A stretch of DNA of 64,000 nt. It comes from a bacterium (GTDB taxonomy: Bacteria; Pseudomonadota; Gammaproteobacteria; GCA-002705445; GCA-002716945). Shown here piece by piece: positions 42,452-52,507 of this stretch. Under the pieces are notes generated by a model. The model searched no databases and was not told the DNA's origin. It saw nothing but the letters and a program-made list of their open reading frames with translations. The stretch lies in assembly GCA_029979505.1 (NCBI GenBank), contig JAPOHH010000003.1, positions 8,635 to 72,634 on the forward strand, in the 5' to 3' direction. The translations under genes and the position numbers were made by a program. The stretch's first letter is position 1, and the number at the start of each line of letters is the position of its first letter.

Positions 42452-43009
42452 ATGAATTATATTGTTACAGGGCTTTTGTGTTCTGGAAAGAGTACCTTCT
42501 TAGAGGCAGCTAAAGCTAATGATTTTCAGACATTGTACTCAGATAAATTAGTAGAAAAACTTTACGAAGATTCATCTATAATTAATAAGCTACAGAAAAA
42601 ATTTAATAATGAAGATTTATCAGTTAATCCAAAAGAGCACATAAAGAAACTTTTTTTTAAATCAAATACAAATAAGAATATTATTGAATCAATAATTCAT
42701 CCAGAGGTGCATAATATAATTCATAAAGAATTAGAGAAAAATAATAATTTAATTGTGGAAATTCCTCCATTATTGAATAATTATGAGTTATTAAAAGATA
42801 ATAATTCAGTTTTTATAGATGCTGATATAGAAAATAGAAAAATGAGATTCTTAAAACGTAAAAATAAAGCAGAAGTATCAACTTTTGAAAAAATAAATAA
42901 CATGCAATCAGATTATATGAAGCTCAAAATGACCTGTGACTTAATTATATACAATAATCATAAAGAGAATTTTAATAAATATTTTGGAATAGAAATTATC
43001 AAATCATGA
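42452..43009 (+). CDS. coaE: dephospho-CoA kinase
   Basis: 185 aa. P-loop GLLCSGKST. The coaE-zapD order is conserved in gammaproteobacteria. Confidence 0.8.
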   Translation: MNYIVTGLLCSGKSTFLEAAKANDFQTLYSDKLVEKLYEDSSIINKLQKKFNNEDLSVNPKEHIKKLFFKSNTNKNIIESIIHPEVHNIIHKELEKNNNLIVEIPPLLNNYELLKDNNSVFIDADIENRKMRFLKRKNKAEVSTFEKINNMQSDYMKLKMTCDLIIYNNHKENFNKYFGIEIIKS

Positions 43010-43767
43010 GTACTTTATCAGATTCACATGCAGCTATATATGAGGAACCTTTTGATGAGAGAATAAGAAAGTTTCTCAAACTAGAGAGTTATTTCCATAA
43101 GTTAGACTATCATAAAAAGAATGATTCAGCTTTTGACTCTTTCTGTGCCTTGACAAATATGATCTCAATCTATAAAACACTCGCACGTGTTGAGGTGAAG
43201 AGTGAGTTGATAAGAGAGATTGATACACATAAATCACGCTATCAAGAATATATCAAATTTGATGGTGCAGACAAAATAAAGTTAGGGTCAATAATGGAAA
43301 AACAAGACTATATTTTGAATAATTTACATAACTTAAAACTAAATTACTTAAATGATTTAAATAATGATGAGTTTTTTCAATTTTGTATAAAACACTTTGA
43401 TAGTAACAATAGTGAACTAGATTATTGGTTAACAAGAGATCATACAATGAGACTCAATCAATTAAATTTATGGTTAGAATTAGTCAAACCTATAGAAAAC
43501 TCTATTGCGTTCTGTCTTGATATTCTAAGAAAAAGCTCAGAAACAAATGAAATTTGTGCAAGCAATGGCTTTCATCTCGTAAAAATTAGCAATGAAAAAA
43601 AAATTAGATTATTAAGAATTACTATGCAATCAGATAATTACTATTTTCCAAGAATAAGTGTAGGACCGCAAAGAGCTACTATAACGTTTATGATACTTAG
43701 TGAGACTAATAAGTTCATACAATTAAAAGAAAATGTTCCATTTGTTTTAGATCTTTGCTACATATAG
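43006..43767 (+). CDS. zapD: cell division protein ZapD (YacF)
   Basis: 253 aa. Overlaps the coaE stop by 4 nt. Matches the DUF1342/ZapD family by length, context and N-terminal EEPFDERIRKFLKLE. Confidence 0.75.
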   Translation: MSTLSDSHAAIYEEPFDERIRKFLKLESYFHKLDYHKKNDSAFDSFCALTNMISIYKTLARVEVKSELIREIDTHKSRYQEYIKFDGADKIKLGSIMEKQDYILNNLHNLKLNYLNDLNNDEFFQFCIKHFDSNNSELDYWLTRDHTMRLNQLNLWLELVKPIENSIAFCLDILRKSSETNEICASNGFHLVKISNEKKIRLLRITMQSDNYYFPRISVGPQRATITFMILSETNKFIQLKENVPFVLDLCYI

Positions 43768-44667
43768 TTAAAAAGTACTTATTCCTGCTATACCGAAACC
43801 ATAATTCTCTATCGATAATTTATAGTCCTCTCCTTTTGATGATATTCCCCCGAGAGCATATGTTGGAACGTAGGATTCTTTGCTTAATTTAGCAAAACCC
43901 TCCCAATCAATAATTTTATAGTTACTGTGCGTTTGTTTAACAGGTGAGACCAATATAAAATCATAAAGTTTTTCATTACATGATTTTATATCATCTATTG
44001 TGTGACATGATGCTGAATGAATTAGCGGTGAATCAGATTTATTTATAATAAGTTTATCTATGTAATTACTTGAATAGTGAATTCCATCAAATGAGTCGTC
44101 CCACTCATTTGAGTATTGATAATCTATTATTAATTTACCTGAGTATCTTTGAGATATTAATGTGTTTTTTATATTATTAACATAATAGTTATAATCTATC
44201 CCTCTTAATCGAATAGCTCCATAACATGAGAAGTTTATGTAATGATTTTTTTCAAAACTATCTACCGTAAGTATCTTTAATAGTCTAGGGAGATTTAGTA
44301 GTCTAAGAATCCTATTATGAGTTGGCAAGATAGACATAGTTTTATCTGAACTATACTTTACTATCTTTCTATTCTCTCTAGATTTAATTTTTCCAATATA
44401 TTTGAATATTTTATAAATGTTTATTTTAATTAATATATCGCCATACAAGTGTTTTATACAACCAAGATAATTATATTTTTTAATTCTAATATCTAGCTCT
44501 TCATAAATTTCTCTTTCTAGACATTTATCAGGTGTTTCTGATTGATTAGATTTTCCACCTGGAAATTCGATATGTCCTTTATAAGGAAACTTATTCCTCT
44601 GTAAACATATATATTTTGAATTATCGCTAATTAAAGCAATTGATATTTCAATTTCATTAAAACCCAT
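43768..44667 (-). CDS. Nudix hydrolase (MutT-like) fused to ThiE/TenI-like domain
   Basis: 299 aa. N-terminal Nudix box GHIEFPGGKSNQSETPDKCLEREIYEELDI. C-terminal TMP-synthase-like fold ending ...YALGGIS. Confidence 0.7.
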   Translation of the reverse strand: MGFNEIEISIALISDNSKYICLQRNKFPYKGHIEFPGGKSNQSETPDKCLEREIYEELDIRIKKYNYLGCIKHLYGDILIKINIYKIFKYIGKIKSRENRKIVKYSSDKTMSILPTHNRILRLLNLPRLLKILTVDSFEKNHYINFSCYGAIRLRGIDYNYYVNNIKNTLISQRYSGKLIIDYQYSNEWDDSFDGIHYSSNYIDKLIINKSDSPLIHSASCHTIDDIKSCNEKLYDFILVSPVKQTHSNYKIIDWEGFAKLSKESYVPTYALGGISSKGEDYKLSIENYGFGIAGISTF

Positions 44668-45827
44668 TACGTAGTGTATTCAGAATTAATGTGCACATAT
44701 TCATGAGATAAGTCAGAGAAATATAGGGATTGGCTATGCTTACCAATACCAAGATCAATAATTATTTTAATATTATTTTTTTTCATGGATTGTGAGAGTT
44801 TTTTAGAGCCAGCGTCTTTAGGGATTCCATCAGAGAAACATAATATATCGTTTATAAACAGTTTTACTTTAGAAATATCTATAGTCAAATCATTCAGTGA
44901 TCCGAGACTAGCAATAATTCTTCCCCAGTTAGGATCCTCACCATACATAGCAGTTTTTACAAGTAATGAATGAGAAATTTTTCTTGATATTTGTTGAGCA
45001 GCAGTGAGTGATTTTGAGTTTATAACATTCAATTCTATAACTTTAGTAGCACCTTCACCGTCTTTTACAATAAGTGATGATAATGTTATAAAAAAATCTG
45101 ATGCGCATTCTAAAAACTTAGTTAGAATTTTTTGATTATTTAGATTGATATCAATAGTATTAGTTGTTGTGAAAGAAACGCAATCATTTGTAGACATGTC
45201 ACCATCTACAGATATTGAATTGAATGATAAGTTTGAACAATATTGTAAACATTTTTTCATATTTTTTTTATCAAGCTTTACATCTGTCTCTATGAATGCA
45301 AGCATTGTTGCCATATTAGGCTCTATCATACCTGCGCCTTTACAAATACCTCTAAAATGTATTTTTTTAGATGCAATAGTATAAGTTTTAGTTTTATATT
45401 TAGGGAACTTATCTGTTGTCATGATAGCTATAGCAGACTCTTTTAGTGAAGAATATTTATTGAATTTTTGATTGATAATGGCTTTATATATCTTTTCTAT
45501 AGGCAATTGTCTCCCAATTATACCTGTCGACATAATTATAATTTCATGTGTCTTACAATTAAGTTTAGATGACAATGTTTCTAATATTTTATTTACATTA
45601 TCAAAACCTTCTTTTCCAGTGCAAGCGTTTGCATTACCTGAATTAATAAAAATATATTTTGGATTTGCTTTAGATATATTTTTTTTTGAGATAATCACAG
45701 GAGCAGCTGCAAACTTATTAAGAGTTGATATAATCTGCGTATAACTATTATCGGGTAAAAATATTAATAAACCATCAGTTTTATTTTTTTTTATTCCAAG
45801 CTGCAATGTAATAAATTTTGACTTCAT
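44667..45827 (-). CDS. argJ: bifunctional glutamate N-acetyltransferase/amino-acid acetyltransferase
   Basis: ATML autoprocessing site is present (MATMLAFIETD). The ORF-track ATG at 45845 overlaps the secA stop. An internal ATG 18 nt downstream, giving the 3' boundary 45827 used here, would remove the overlap. Confidence 0.85.
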   Translation of the reverse strand: MKSKFITLQLGIKKNKTDGLLIFLPDNSYTQIISTLNKFAAAPVIISKKNISKANPKYIFINSGNANACTGKEGFDNVNKILETLSSKLNCKTHEIIIMSTGIIGRQLPIEKIYKAIINQKFNKYSSLKESAIAIMTTDKFPKYKTKTYTIASKKIHFRGICKGAGMIEPNMATMLAFIETDVKLDKKNMKKCLQYCSNLSFNSISVDGDMSTNDCVSFTTTNTIDINLNNQKILTKFLECASDFFITLSSLIVKDGEGATKVIELNVINSKSLTAAQQISRKISHSLLVKTAMYGEDPNWGRIIASLGSLNDLTIDISKVKLFINDILCFSDGIPKDAGSKKLSQSMKKNNIKIIIDLGIGKHSQSLYFSDLSHEYVHINSEYTT

Positions 45828-48409
45828 TATAATTTGCCACAACATTGTTTATATTTCATATTTGTCACTGGACATCTTTTGTTTCTAGGCACATCACTTT
45901 CATTAGAATTAAGTAAACATCTTGGATCATCTACTTTTTTTCTAACCTCTCTTTTTGATGATTCATTTATAGATTGTGTATTATAATTATCAATTTTTAT
46001 TCTACAACAAATCTTTAATATTTCTTTGCTAATTTCCATGAGCATAATATTAAACATCTCAAATGATTCTTTTTTATATTCATTTTTTGGATTCTTTTGT
46101 GCATAGCTTCTTAGCCCTATCGACTGTCTTAGATAGTCCATGGAACTTAGATGATTTCTATACTCTTCATCAATGACAGCTAAACAAATATTTTTTATAA
46201 GAACATTATATTCTTCAACTGAAATATTTTTTGTGTTGAACTTTATTTTTTCAAGCAACATTGATATTAAATTATCTTTCAATTGATTATAGTCAATAAT
46301 ATTGTCTTTGATATATTCCTCAAATCTAATATCCAATAAGAAATCAGATTTCATTGAATTATTTAACTCAGTAAAATTTGTATTCTGCATGTTTAAATCA
46401 TCATCATTAATTTCAATATAGTCATGTATATAATTAGAAATGATATTCTTTAATAAATTATCAGCATCTTTAGTTAAAATAAAATCACGTTGTTGATATA
46501 TTAGTTTTCTTTGTTCATTTGATATATCGTCATATTCTAAAAGGTTTTTTCTTATGTCAAAATTATGCGCTTCTACCCTTCTTTGTGCGTTTTCAATAGA
46601 TTTTGATACCCATTTATGTTCTATTGCCTCACCATCTTGCATGCCGAGTTTTTTCATTATCTCTGAGACTTTATCTGATGCAAATATACGCATTAGATTA
46701 TCTTCAAGTGATAAAAAGAATCTTGATACACCAGGGTCTCCTTGTCTTCCCGATCTTCCTCTGAGTTGATTATCGATTCTTCTAGACTCATGTCTTTCAG
46801 TTCCCATTACGTATAGCCCACCTAATGATTTTACTTTTTCGTTATTTGTTATCCATTCATTATTATTATCATCATCTTTATAACCGCCTAGGACTATATC
46901 AGTTCCTCGTCCAGCCATATTAGTTGCAATCGTGATTGAGTTTAGCGCCCCAGCATTTTGAATAATTTCAGCTTCCTTTTGATGATATTTTGCATTGAGA
47001 ACGTTATGTTTAATCTTATTTTTTTTTAAATATTTTGATATATTTTCAGATGCATCTACAGATGTGGTACCAACAAGAATCGGTTGACCTGTAGCATGTA
47101 TATCTGTAATCTCTTTAAGAATATGAGTATATTTTTCTTTTTCAGTAAGAAAAACTAAATCAACTTTGTCATCACGAATAAGTTTTCTATTAGGTGGTAT
47201 CTGTACAACTTCAAGGTTATATATTTGTTGAAATTCTTCAGCTTCTGTATCAGCGGTTCCTGTCATACCAGAAATTTTATTAAACATCCTAAAATAATTC
47301 TGAAATGTTATGGATGCATATGTTTGGTTTTCTTGTTTAATAGAAACATTTTCTTTAGCTTCAATGGCCTGATGTAGGCCTTCAGACCATCTTCTGCCAG
47401 ACATTTTTCTTCCTGTAAATTCATCAATAATTACTATTTCAGTATTTTCTACTACATAATCAATATCCTTTTTATAAATTAAATGAGCTTTAAGAGCAGA
47501 GTCTATATGACTAAATAATTGTATATTAGTTGTACTATATATATCTTCGGAGGATTTGATTAAATTATTATCTAACAAAATATTTTCAATAGTGGATTGA
47601 CCCTTTTCTGTCAAAGAAACAGATTTTTGTTTTTCCTCTATTGAATATAAATCATTATCATCTTTATTTAAAAATATTTTAATAATCTTATTAATTTTAG
47701 CATAGGTATCATTGACCTTATTATTAGATCCTGAAATAACTAACGGTGTTCTAGCTTCATCTATAAGTACGGAATCAACTTCATCAATAATCGCATAACT
47801 AAGTATGGATTGATTTTTATCATCTTGACTCATCGCCATATTATCTCTGAGATAATCAAAACCGAATTCATTATTAGTTCCGTATACAACATCAGATTTA
47901 TAGATTTCTCTTCTACTTGAGGCTGGAACATTGCTATTAATATAACCAACAGACAAACCTAAATACTCATATATAGTTCCCATCCAACTTGAGTCTCTTT
48001 CAGCAAGATAATCGTTTACAGTAACTATGAAGACTGGATAGCCTGTAAGTGAATTAAGATAAGCCGGCAGTGTACTAACTAGTGTTTTTCCTTCACCAGT
48101 TTTCATCTCACTTATTTTTCCTTCATGAAGAGCTATGCCTCCCATCAATTGCTCATCAAAATGTCTCATACCAAGTGTACGTATTGAAGCCTCCCTTACA
48201 ACTGCAAACGCATCTGGCAACAACTCATCAAGGCAGGCTGATTTAGCATACCGTTCTCTCAATGAAATTGTCGTATTCTTTAAGTCAGAATCCGATAAAT
48301 TTTGATATTTTTTCTCTAAATCATTAATACTCTTTACAATAATCTTATAATCTTTAATAAGTCTAGAGTTACGGCTACCAATTATTTTTTTTATGAAATT
48401 ACCAATCAT
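45827..48409 (-). CDS. secA: preprotein translocase ATPase SecA
   Basis: 860 aa. DEAD-like motor and a C-terminal zinc-binding CPVTNMKYKQCCGK. Confidence 0.95.
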   Translation of the reverse strand: MIGNFIKKIIGSRNSRLIKDYKIIVKSINDLEKKYQNLSDSDLKNTTISLRERYAKSACLDELLPDAFAVVREASIRTLGMRHFDEQLMGGIALHEGKISEMKTGEGKTLVSTLPAYLNSLTGYPVFIVTVNDYLAERDSSWMGTIYEYLGLSVGYINSNVPASSRREIYKSDVVYGTNNEFGFDYLRDNMAMSQDDKNQSILSYAIIDEVDSVLIDEARTPLVISGSNNKVNDTYAKINKIIKIFLNKDDNDLYSIEEKQKSVSLTEKGQSTIENILLDNNLIKSSEDIYSTTNIQLFSHIDSALKAHLIYKKDIDYVVENTEIVIIDEFTGRKMSGRRWSEGLHQAIEAKENVSIKQENQTYASITFQNYFRMFNKISGMTGTADTEAEEFQQIYNLEVVQIPPNRKLIRDDKVDLVFLTEKEKYTHILKEITDIHATGQPILVGTTSVDASENISKYLKKNKIKHNVLNAKYHQKEAEIIQNAGALNSITIATNMAGRGTDIVLGGYKDDDNNNEWITNNEKVKSLGGLYVMGTERHESRRIDNQLRGRSGRQGDPGVSRFFLSLEDNLMRIFASDKVSEIMKKLGMQDGEAIEHKWVSKSIENAQRRVEAHNFDIRKNLLEYDDISNEQRKLIYQQRDFILTKDADNLLKNIISNYIHDYIEINDDDLNMQNTNFTELNNSMKSDFLLDIRFEEYIKDNIIDYNQLKDNLISMLLEKIKFNTKNISVEEYNVLIKNICLAVIDEEYRNHLSSMDYLRQSIGLRSYAQKNPKNEYKKESFEMFNIMLMEISKEILKICCRIKIDNYNTQSINESSKREVRKKVDDPRCLLNSNESDVPRNKRCPVTNMKYKQCCGKL

Positions 48410-48429
48410 TTTTTTCTACTTAAGAGGAT

Positions 48430-48744
48430 ATGGTTTATCATACAATAAATAGAGGTTTTATGAAAAAAATATCCGATTTTATACCTGATAAAGTAATTAA
48501 AAAGAAAGAGAATATTGATGAACTCAACAGTATACTCAAAAGTAATATAGATATTGAGGTTGTAGATAAAATTGACGTGATAAATTTTTCAGATTCCTCA
48601 ATAATCATAGAATGCGAAAATAGCTCTGTTGCATCTATCATCAAGTTTGAAAGAGAGAAATACATACAAATATTCAAAAATTACGGTATGTATAATATTC
48701 AGGATTTAAAAGTAAAAATTAAAATGCCTCAGCAGCCTGAGTGA
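48430..48744 (+). CDS. DUF721-domain protein (DciA-like)
   Basis: 104 aa. [32 protein letters not shown]...IQDLKVKI follows the DUF721 pattern (dgtLlVeVdSsaWaqELsflk..il..lne..G...vkdIrfrv). A DUF721 gene often sits between lpxC and secA in gammaproteobacteria. Start may be at 48460. Confidence 0.45.
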   Translation: MVYHTINRGFMKKISDFIPDKVIKKKENIDELNSILKSNIDIEVVDKIDVINFSDSSIIIECENSSVASIIKFEREKYIQIFKNYGMYNIQDLKVKIKMPQQPE

Positions 48745-49627
48745 ATAGTATAGGAGATTTAGATTCATCTTCTATAATTACTTGTTCCCAAGCACTTTCA
48801 TTATTAACTAATTCTCTTAATAAAAGATTATTAAGATGGTGACCCGATTTATATGCTGAGAATGAGCCTATTAAACTATGTCCGAGCAAATAAAGATCGC
48901 CAATCGCATCAAGAATTTTATGCTTCACAAATTCATCTTTATATCTCAGTCCATCTTCATTAATAATTTTATAGTCATCAATTACAATCGCATTATTTAC
49001 ACTACCACCAAGTGCAAGATTATTTTTTCTTAAATTTTCAATATCTTTAGCAAAACCAAATGTTCTAGCTCTACTTACTTGGCTTAAGTAAGATATTGTT
49101 GAGAAGTCAATAGTTGAATTTTGAGTTTCTCTAGGAAACGAAGGATGATCAAAGTCTATAGTAAAAGAAACCTTAAAGCCATTGTATGGTTCTATTTTAG
49201 CCCATTTATCATTCTGTTTAACTTCAATATCTTTAATTATTTTTATGAATCGTTTGGGATGGTTTTGTTCACATATTCCAGCAGATTGAATTAAAAAAAC
49301 AAAAGGACGTGAACTTCCATCCATTATAGGTACTTCAGGTCCATCAAGCTCTATTACTGCATTATCAATTCCTAAACCTGCTAAAGCAGAAAGTAAATGT
49401 TCAACCGTAGATACTGATGATTCTGCTGAAGATATAGTTGTTGATAATCTAGTATCATGAACATTGTTTAATGAAGCAGATATTGGTGAATCTGAAATAT
49501 CTTTCCTGACAAAGACAATGCCTTTATCTGGTTGACCAGGATTAATTCTTAGATTTATTTTTCTACCAGTATGTAGACCAACTCCAGTTGCTGTAATACT
49601 GCTTGCCAAAGTTCTTTGTTTTAACAT
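48719..49627 (-). CDS. lpxC: UDP-3-O-acyl-N-acetylglucosamine deacetylase
   Basis: 302 aa. Conserved N-terminal [21 protein letters not shown]. Confidence 0.9.
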   Translation of the reverse strand: MLKQRTLASSITATGVGLHTGRKINLRINPGQPDKGIVFVRKDISDSPISASLNNVHDTRLSTTISSAESSVSTVEHLLSALAGLGIDNAVIELDGPEVPIMDGSSRPFVFLIQSAGICEQNHPKRFIKIIKDIEVKQNDKWAKIEPYNGFKVSFTIDFDHPSFPRETQNSTIDFSTISYLSQVSRARTFGFAKDIENLRKNNLALGGSVNNAIVIDDYKIINEDGLRYKDEFVKHKILDAIGDLYLLGHSLIGSFSAYKSGHHLNNLLLRELVNNESAWEQVIIEDESKSPILFTQAAEAF

Positions 49628-49690
49628 ATCGAAATATTACCAAATAGTTATAAATGTTACAAATATAGATTATTAGACCATATCTAGACG

Positions 49691-50935
49691 TTAAAGTTCT
49701 TTTTGGAAGTAATTAGAGAGCTTTCTGGTGAATTTGTTGATTAAATTAGCAATTTTAGACGGATATTTATTAGATGAAGATAGGTTTTTCAATTTCTTCT
49801 CTCTGTAAAGTAAAAGCCCAACTGCTGTAGAATACCGTGTTTTTCCCCTTAAATCTTCGAGCCCTTTAATACTTTTTGGAGAACCTATTCTCGATGGTGT
49901 CTTAAAAAATGATTCCGCATGATTATCAAGACCATCAAGTTTGGCTCCACCTCCTGTAAATACCAAGCCCGCACGTATCTTACTTGCATAACCGCTGTCA
50001 TGAATTTCTTTTTGTATAGCATCAAATATTTCATTTATCCTGGCTGTGATAATTTGTGACACTATTGTTTTACTAGTTTCAGTATCAGGCTTATCTGAAA
50101 CAGATGGGACAGGAATTTTCAAATTCATGTCTTCATCAGATGACACACATCCATATTGAATTTTTATTTCTTCCGCAGCCTCTAATGATGTACATAATAT
50201 TATTCTGATATCATTTGTTATCATTTGACTACCTATGGGAATAACAGCAGTGTGTTTAATCGTACCCTCAGTAAAAATAGCAACATCAGTCGTGCCACAG
50301 CCTATATCAATTAAACATACACCGAGATCTCTCTCCTCATCTGATAAAACAGCTTCACTGGATGCAACAGGTTGTAGTACAAAATGATCAATCTCTAGAA
50401 GACTATTATTAATACATTTTGTTAAATTTCTTTTTGCTGTAGAAGATGTAGTAATGATATGAACGTTAGCTTCGAGTCTACCTCCAGCCATACCTTTTGG
50501 TTCCCTTATACCTGTTTGACCATCAATGGTATAGTACTGATCTATGACATGGAGTATTTCTTGATCTTTAGGTATTTGGATGTTCTGAGCATTAGCAATT
50601 ACTTTTTCTTTATCCTCTTCTGTCACCTCATCATTCATTATGTTCACAGCACCATTACCGTTATAACTTTGAATGTGATTACCTGCGATACCAGTAGTTA
50701 CAGACTCAATATTGCAACTAGACATGCTGCTTGCTTTTTCTTTAGCACGTCTTACACTTGATACAGTAGCATCAATTTCTGAGATAACACCCTTATTTAG
50801 ACCTGTGCAAGGTTCATTTCCAATGCCTATAATTCTAAGCTCACCCTTATCATCAATATCAGCTACTAGACAGAGCACTTTAGATGTGCCAATGTCAAGA
50901 GCTACAAGAGTATCAGTACTTTTTATAGTATTCAT
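49691..50935 (-). CDS. ftsA: cell division protein FtsA
   Basis: 414 aa actin-like ATPase with phosphate-1 motif ALDIGTSKV. Confidence 0.9.
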   Translation of the reverse strand: MNTIKSTDTLVALDIGTSKVLCLVADIDDKGELRIIGIGNEPCTGLNKGVISEIDATVSSVRRAKEKASSMSSCNIESVTTGIAGNHIQSYNGNGAVNIMNDEVTEEDKEKVIANAQNIQIPKDQEILHVIDQYYTIDGQTGIREPKGMAGGRLEANVHIITTSSTAKRNLTKCINNSLLEIDHFVLQPVASSEAVLSDEERDLGVCLIDIGCGTTDVAIFTEGTIKHTAVIPIGSQMITNDIRIILCTSLEAAEEIKIQYGCVSSDEDMNLKIPVPSVSDKPDTETSKTIVSQIITARINEIFDAIQKEIHDSGYASKIRAGLVFTGGGAKLDGLDNHAESFFKTPSRIGSPKSIKGLEDLRGKTRYSTAVGLLLYREKKLKNLSSSNKYPSKIANLINKFTRKLSNYFQKEL

Positions 50936-50963
50936 TATGAAGTATTATATCTTATTTGGTCGC

Positions 50964-51608
50964 CTATTTGATAGCAAAACCATTGGAATATCTCATATCA
51001 ATTGAAGTAATTTTTTTTCTATGTACTCTAGATATTTCATCAAACGACAAGATTAATCTTTTTATATTTTTATTAAAGTTAGACCTATCAGAAATAAGTG
51101 TTAGAGAATCAGTATATATTCTGATCAATGAATGAAATATTTCTATCTTATTAATCTTAAGATTAATCATACTTAACTGTTCCTGTGAAAAAACGAATAC
51201 ATTATTAGAAAAAGTGACATCATTATAGTGATCAACTATAATTGGCAGCTTGTACGTATACTCCTTGATATCGATTAAGCTTCCATTGCTAGTCAATATT
51301 TTATTATCGTACTTGGCGATAGGTTTATGATGGAATATTCTAATTTCAAGTGTGGATGGAAATGATTTTTTTATCTCTGCATGTCTAATCTGATTATCAG
51401 ACATTATATTCTTTTGAATAATATCAATATCTGTAAGTAGTAAGTCATTTCCGTATAGCGAACTAATTAACTTATTTAATCTGGCTTCATTATAGTTTTT
51501 TTCAGAAGAAATTATCTTCACTTCATTTATGGGAAAAGAGATGATTCCAGATTTATATGTAATTACTAAAATAAGAGCTACAATTATAGAAACTATTATT
51601 CTGGACAT
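50964..51608 (-). CDS. ftsQ: cell division protein FtsQ
   Basis: 214 aa. N-terminal TM followed by a POTRA-like region. Positioned between ddl and ftsA. Confidence 0.7.
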   Translation of the reverse strand: MSRIIVSIIVALILVITYKSGIISFPINEVKIISSEKNYNEARLNKLISSLYGNDLLLTDIDIIQKNIMSDNQIRHAEIKKSFPSTLEIRIFHHKPIAKYDNKILTSNGSLIDIKEYTYKLPIIVDHYNDVTFSNNVFVFSQEQLSMINLKINKIEIFHSLIRIYTDSLTLISDRSNFNKNIKRLILSFDEISRVHRKKITSIDMRYSNGFAIK

Positions 51609-52507
51609 AAATCTAAAATATTTAGTATCAACTGATAATAATCTATACCGTCTTTTATTGCAGCTTTTGGCACAAGACTGTGGTCAGTCATTCCTGGTAT
51701 CGTATTCAACTCTAATAAAATAATCTCATCAGCCTTTATAAAGAAGTCTACTCTACCCCATGTATCACAACCAATAATATTAAATGCATTTAAAATAGTA
51801 TTATTTATCGAAGCTGCTAACTCATTGTTTATTTTTGGAAAAGTAAATTCTGTAAGATTAGACGCATATTTAGCATCGTAATCATAAAAGTCATTGCCTG
51901 GCTTAATTTTAATTATAGGAAGTAATTGATTATGAAGAATTGCAGCCGTATATTCATCAGCAGAAATCTTTTCTTCAATTATAAATTGACGCTTTTTATC
52001 ATAATTATTAAGGAAATAACTAAATTCATTTGAATTAGATATTAAAAATATATTATTGCTTGAACCTGAACATGTATCTTTTATAAAAAAATGATCACCA
52101 TATTCTTTATAACAATAATTGTAATCTTGTGATTCATATATTTCATATTTTGGAATTATAAATCCATTCTGTTCCCATATTATTTTGGTATCGTATTTAT
52201 TAAATGATATTTTTGATGATTTCGCATCTGAACCACAATACTCAACTGATAGTTTATCGAGATATTTTTGAACTGTCCCATCTTCACCGCCCTCGCCATG
52301 AATTAGATTAAAAACCAAATCTATAGAGTTATCCCTAACTACTTTTTTTAAGTTTTCAAATGAATCTACCGACATGTCATAGAAGATAACATCATGTCCA
52401 TTTTGCTTGAGACAATTATAAACATCATTAGAGCTTTTAAGAGATATTAATCTTTCATTTGACCATCCTCCACCTAGAATACAAATTTTTGGTTCTCTAT
52501 ACCTCAT
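51596..52507 (-). CDS. ddl: D-alanine--D-alanine ligase
   Basis: 303 aa ATP-grasp enzyme. Confidence 0.85.
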   Translation of the reverse strand: MRYREPKICILGGGWSNERLISLKSSNDVYNCLKQNGHDVIFYDMSVDSFENLKKVVRDNSIDLVFNLIHGEGGEDGTVQKYLDKLSVEYCGSDAKSSKISFNKYDTKIIWEQNGFIIPKYEIYESQDYNYCYKEYGDHFFIKDTCSGSSNNIFLISNSNEFSYFLNNYDKKRQFIIEEKISADEYTAAILHNQLLPIIKIKPGNDFYDYDAKYASNLTEFTFPKINNELAASINNTILNAFNIIGCDTWGRVDFFIKADEIILLELNTIPGMTDHSLVPKAAIKDGIDYYQLILNILDLCPE

